Below, one piece after another: positions 63,001 to 64,000 of a stretch of DNA of 64,000 nt. This DNA comes from Raillietiella orientalis (lineage: Eukaryota), in the NCBI GenBank assembly GCA_036172245.1, contig JAYWIR010000031.1:62001-126000 (forward strand). The letters are read 5' to 3'. Within the stretch, counting starts at the first letter, position 1, and every line of letters starts with the position of its first letter. A program made the position numbers and the translations under genes. Below the pieces are notes generated by a model. That model was not told the DNA's origin. It saw nothing but the letters and a program-made list of their open reading frames with translations, and did no database searches.

Positions 63001-64000
63001 AGATGCATGTAAGGAGAAAGAAAAAATGTGTTTTTGTGGATGGTAATCAAAAGTCAAAATTTCAAATAAAACAACTTCACTTCCATGAAGTGATAAATCT
63101 TTATGTTGAATGTAATTTTTTTGTGACTGTTGTACTAAAAACTTCCTATTGGAAATTAGAATAATTGCCTGTATCAGCAAGACTTGAAACTTTACTAAAA
63201 TTTTTACTAAACTTGAAACTAAAATCGCTAATTCTAAAAGCTGCATTTTTTGTTAATCTCTGATTTGGAGAATCAGCACTCAGTGATCTCTAGTTTTGTT
63301 TTTGTAAATTCCTGAATTAATAAAGTACAGTAATGACACCTGAGATTATTAGAATCTAAAAAACTGCTGGCCTTGGTGGTAGATAAAATTTTGTCAGATT
63401 GCAAGAAGTTAAGATGAACTAAAGTTAAGATGAACTATCAGAATGCTTCAATTGTATGCAAAGTTCTGGGGAACTATGAGGGCAGCTGAAATGAGAATGC
63501 CTGTACTGCCATGAAGTGCTTCGTTTCTTTATGATGCAAACCAAATTTCCTCGTCATACAATTCCAAGGAATTCAGCAGTTGCATAATATCCCTAGAAAG
63601 TAGTTGATTATGACTCATCTTACAGCTCATCGAAATGATTGCAAAGTGCAGAAAATGTGGTAAGAAATGATGCTAATCAGTAAAAAAGGAAATATCCAAA
63701 GTTATGTTAATCAGACCTTATACCAAGTGGATGTGACCTATACAAAGCAAGAGTCTTTAGTAAAGCCATTTTCATAGTGCGAAAATGGTGCACAATGCAA
63801 TGCAAAAGTGGTTCTCCTGTTGCAAAAATTTTTGTACTATGGTATGAAATTGAATTCTTGCAAGACATCTATTGAGAGGGTGACTTATGTGTAGAGATAG
63901 TAATGTATGTTGTGCTATAAAATATTAAGGTATTTATGATGAAACCACTATTTTCATTTCAAATATTTTTGCTGAATCAGAATTATCAGTTCGGTGCATG

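Noticed and set aside
60100..64000. Short ORFs in the AT-rich tail
   Set aside because: No recognisable motifs or consistent exon chain; probably UTR, intron or intergenic sequence.

Overview
Eukaryotic, probably arthropod, genomic DNA. The taxon is inferred from the gene content and cannot be proven here. Two intact housekeeping genes sit in AT-rich DNA at the ends. MTO1 (+, 3578-6059) has 12 exons and introns of only 38-56 nt. CAMLG/GET2 (+, 58197-60087) has 3 exons that the ORF track does not assemble. Between them (~7.2-56.1 kb) is a more GC-rich, repeat-laden block. Manual cross-frame translation shows about a dozen mutually divergent, apparently decayed copies or fragments of a JAK/hopscotch-like gene (FERM-SH2-pseudokinase-kinase) on both strands. 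The block also holds two intact intronless Cys-rich DUF4789-like paralogues and nested non-LTR retrotransposon remnants (L1/Tx1-like and NeSL/Utopia/R2-like). The JAK assignments rest on motif similarity to JAK2 and hopscotch recalled from memory and need HMM or tblastn confirmation. Pseudogene and TE boundaries are approximate.
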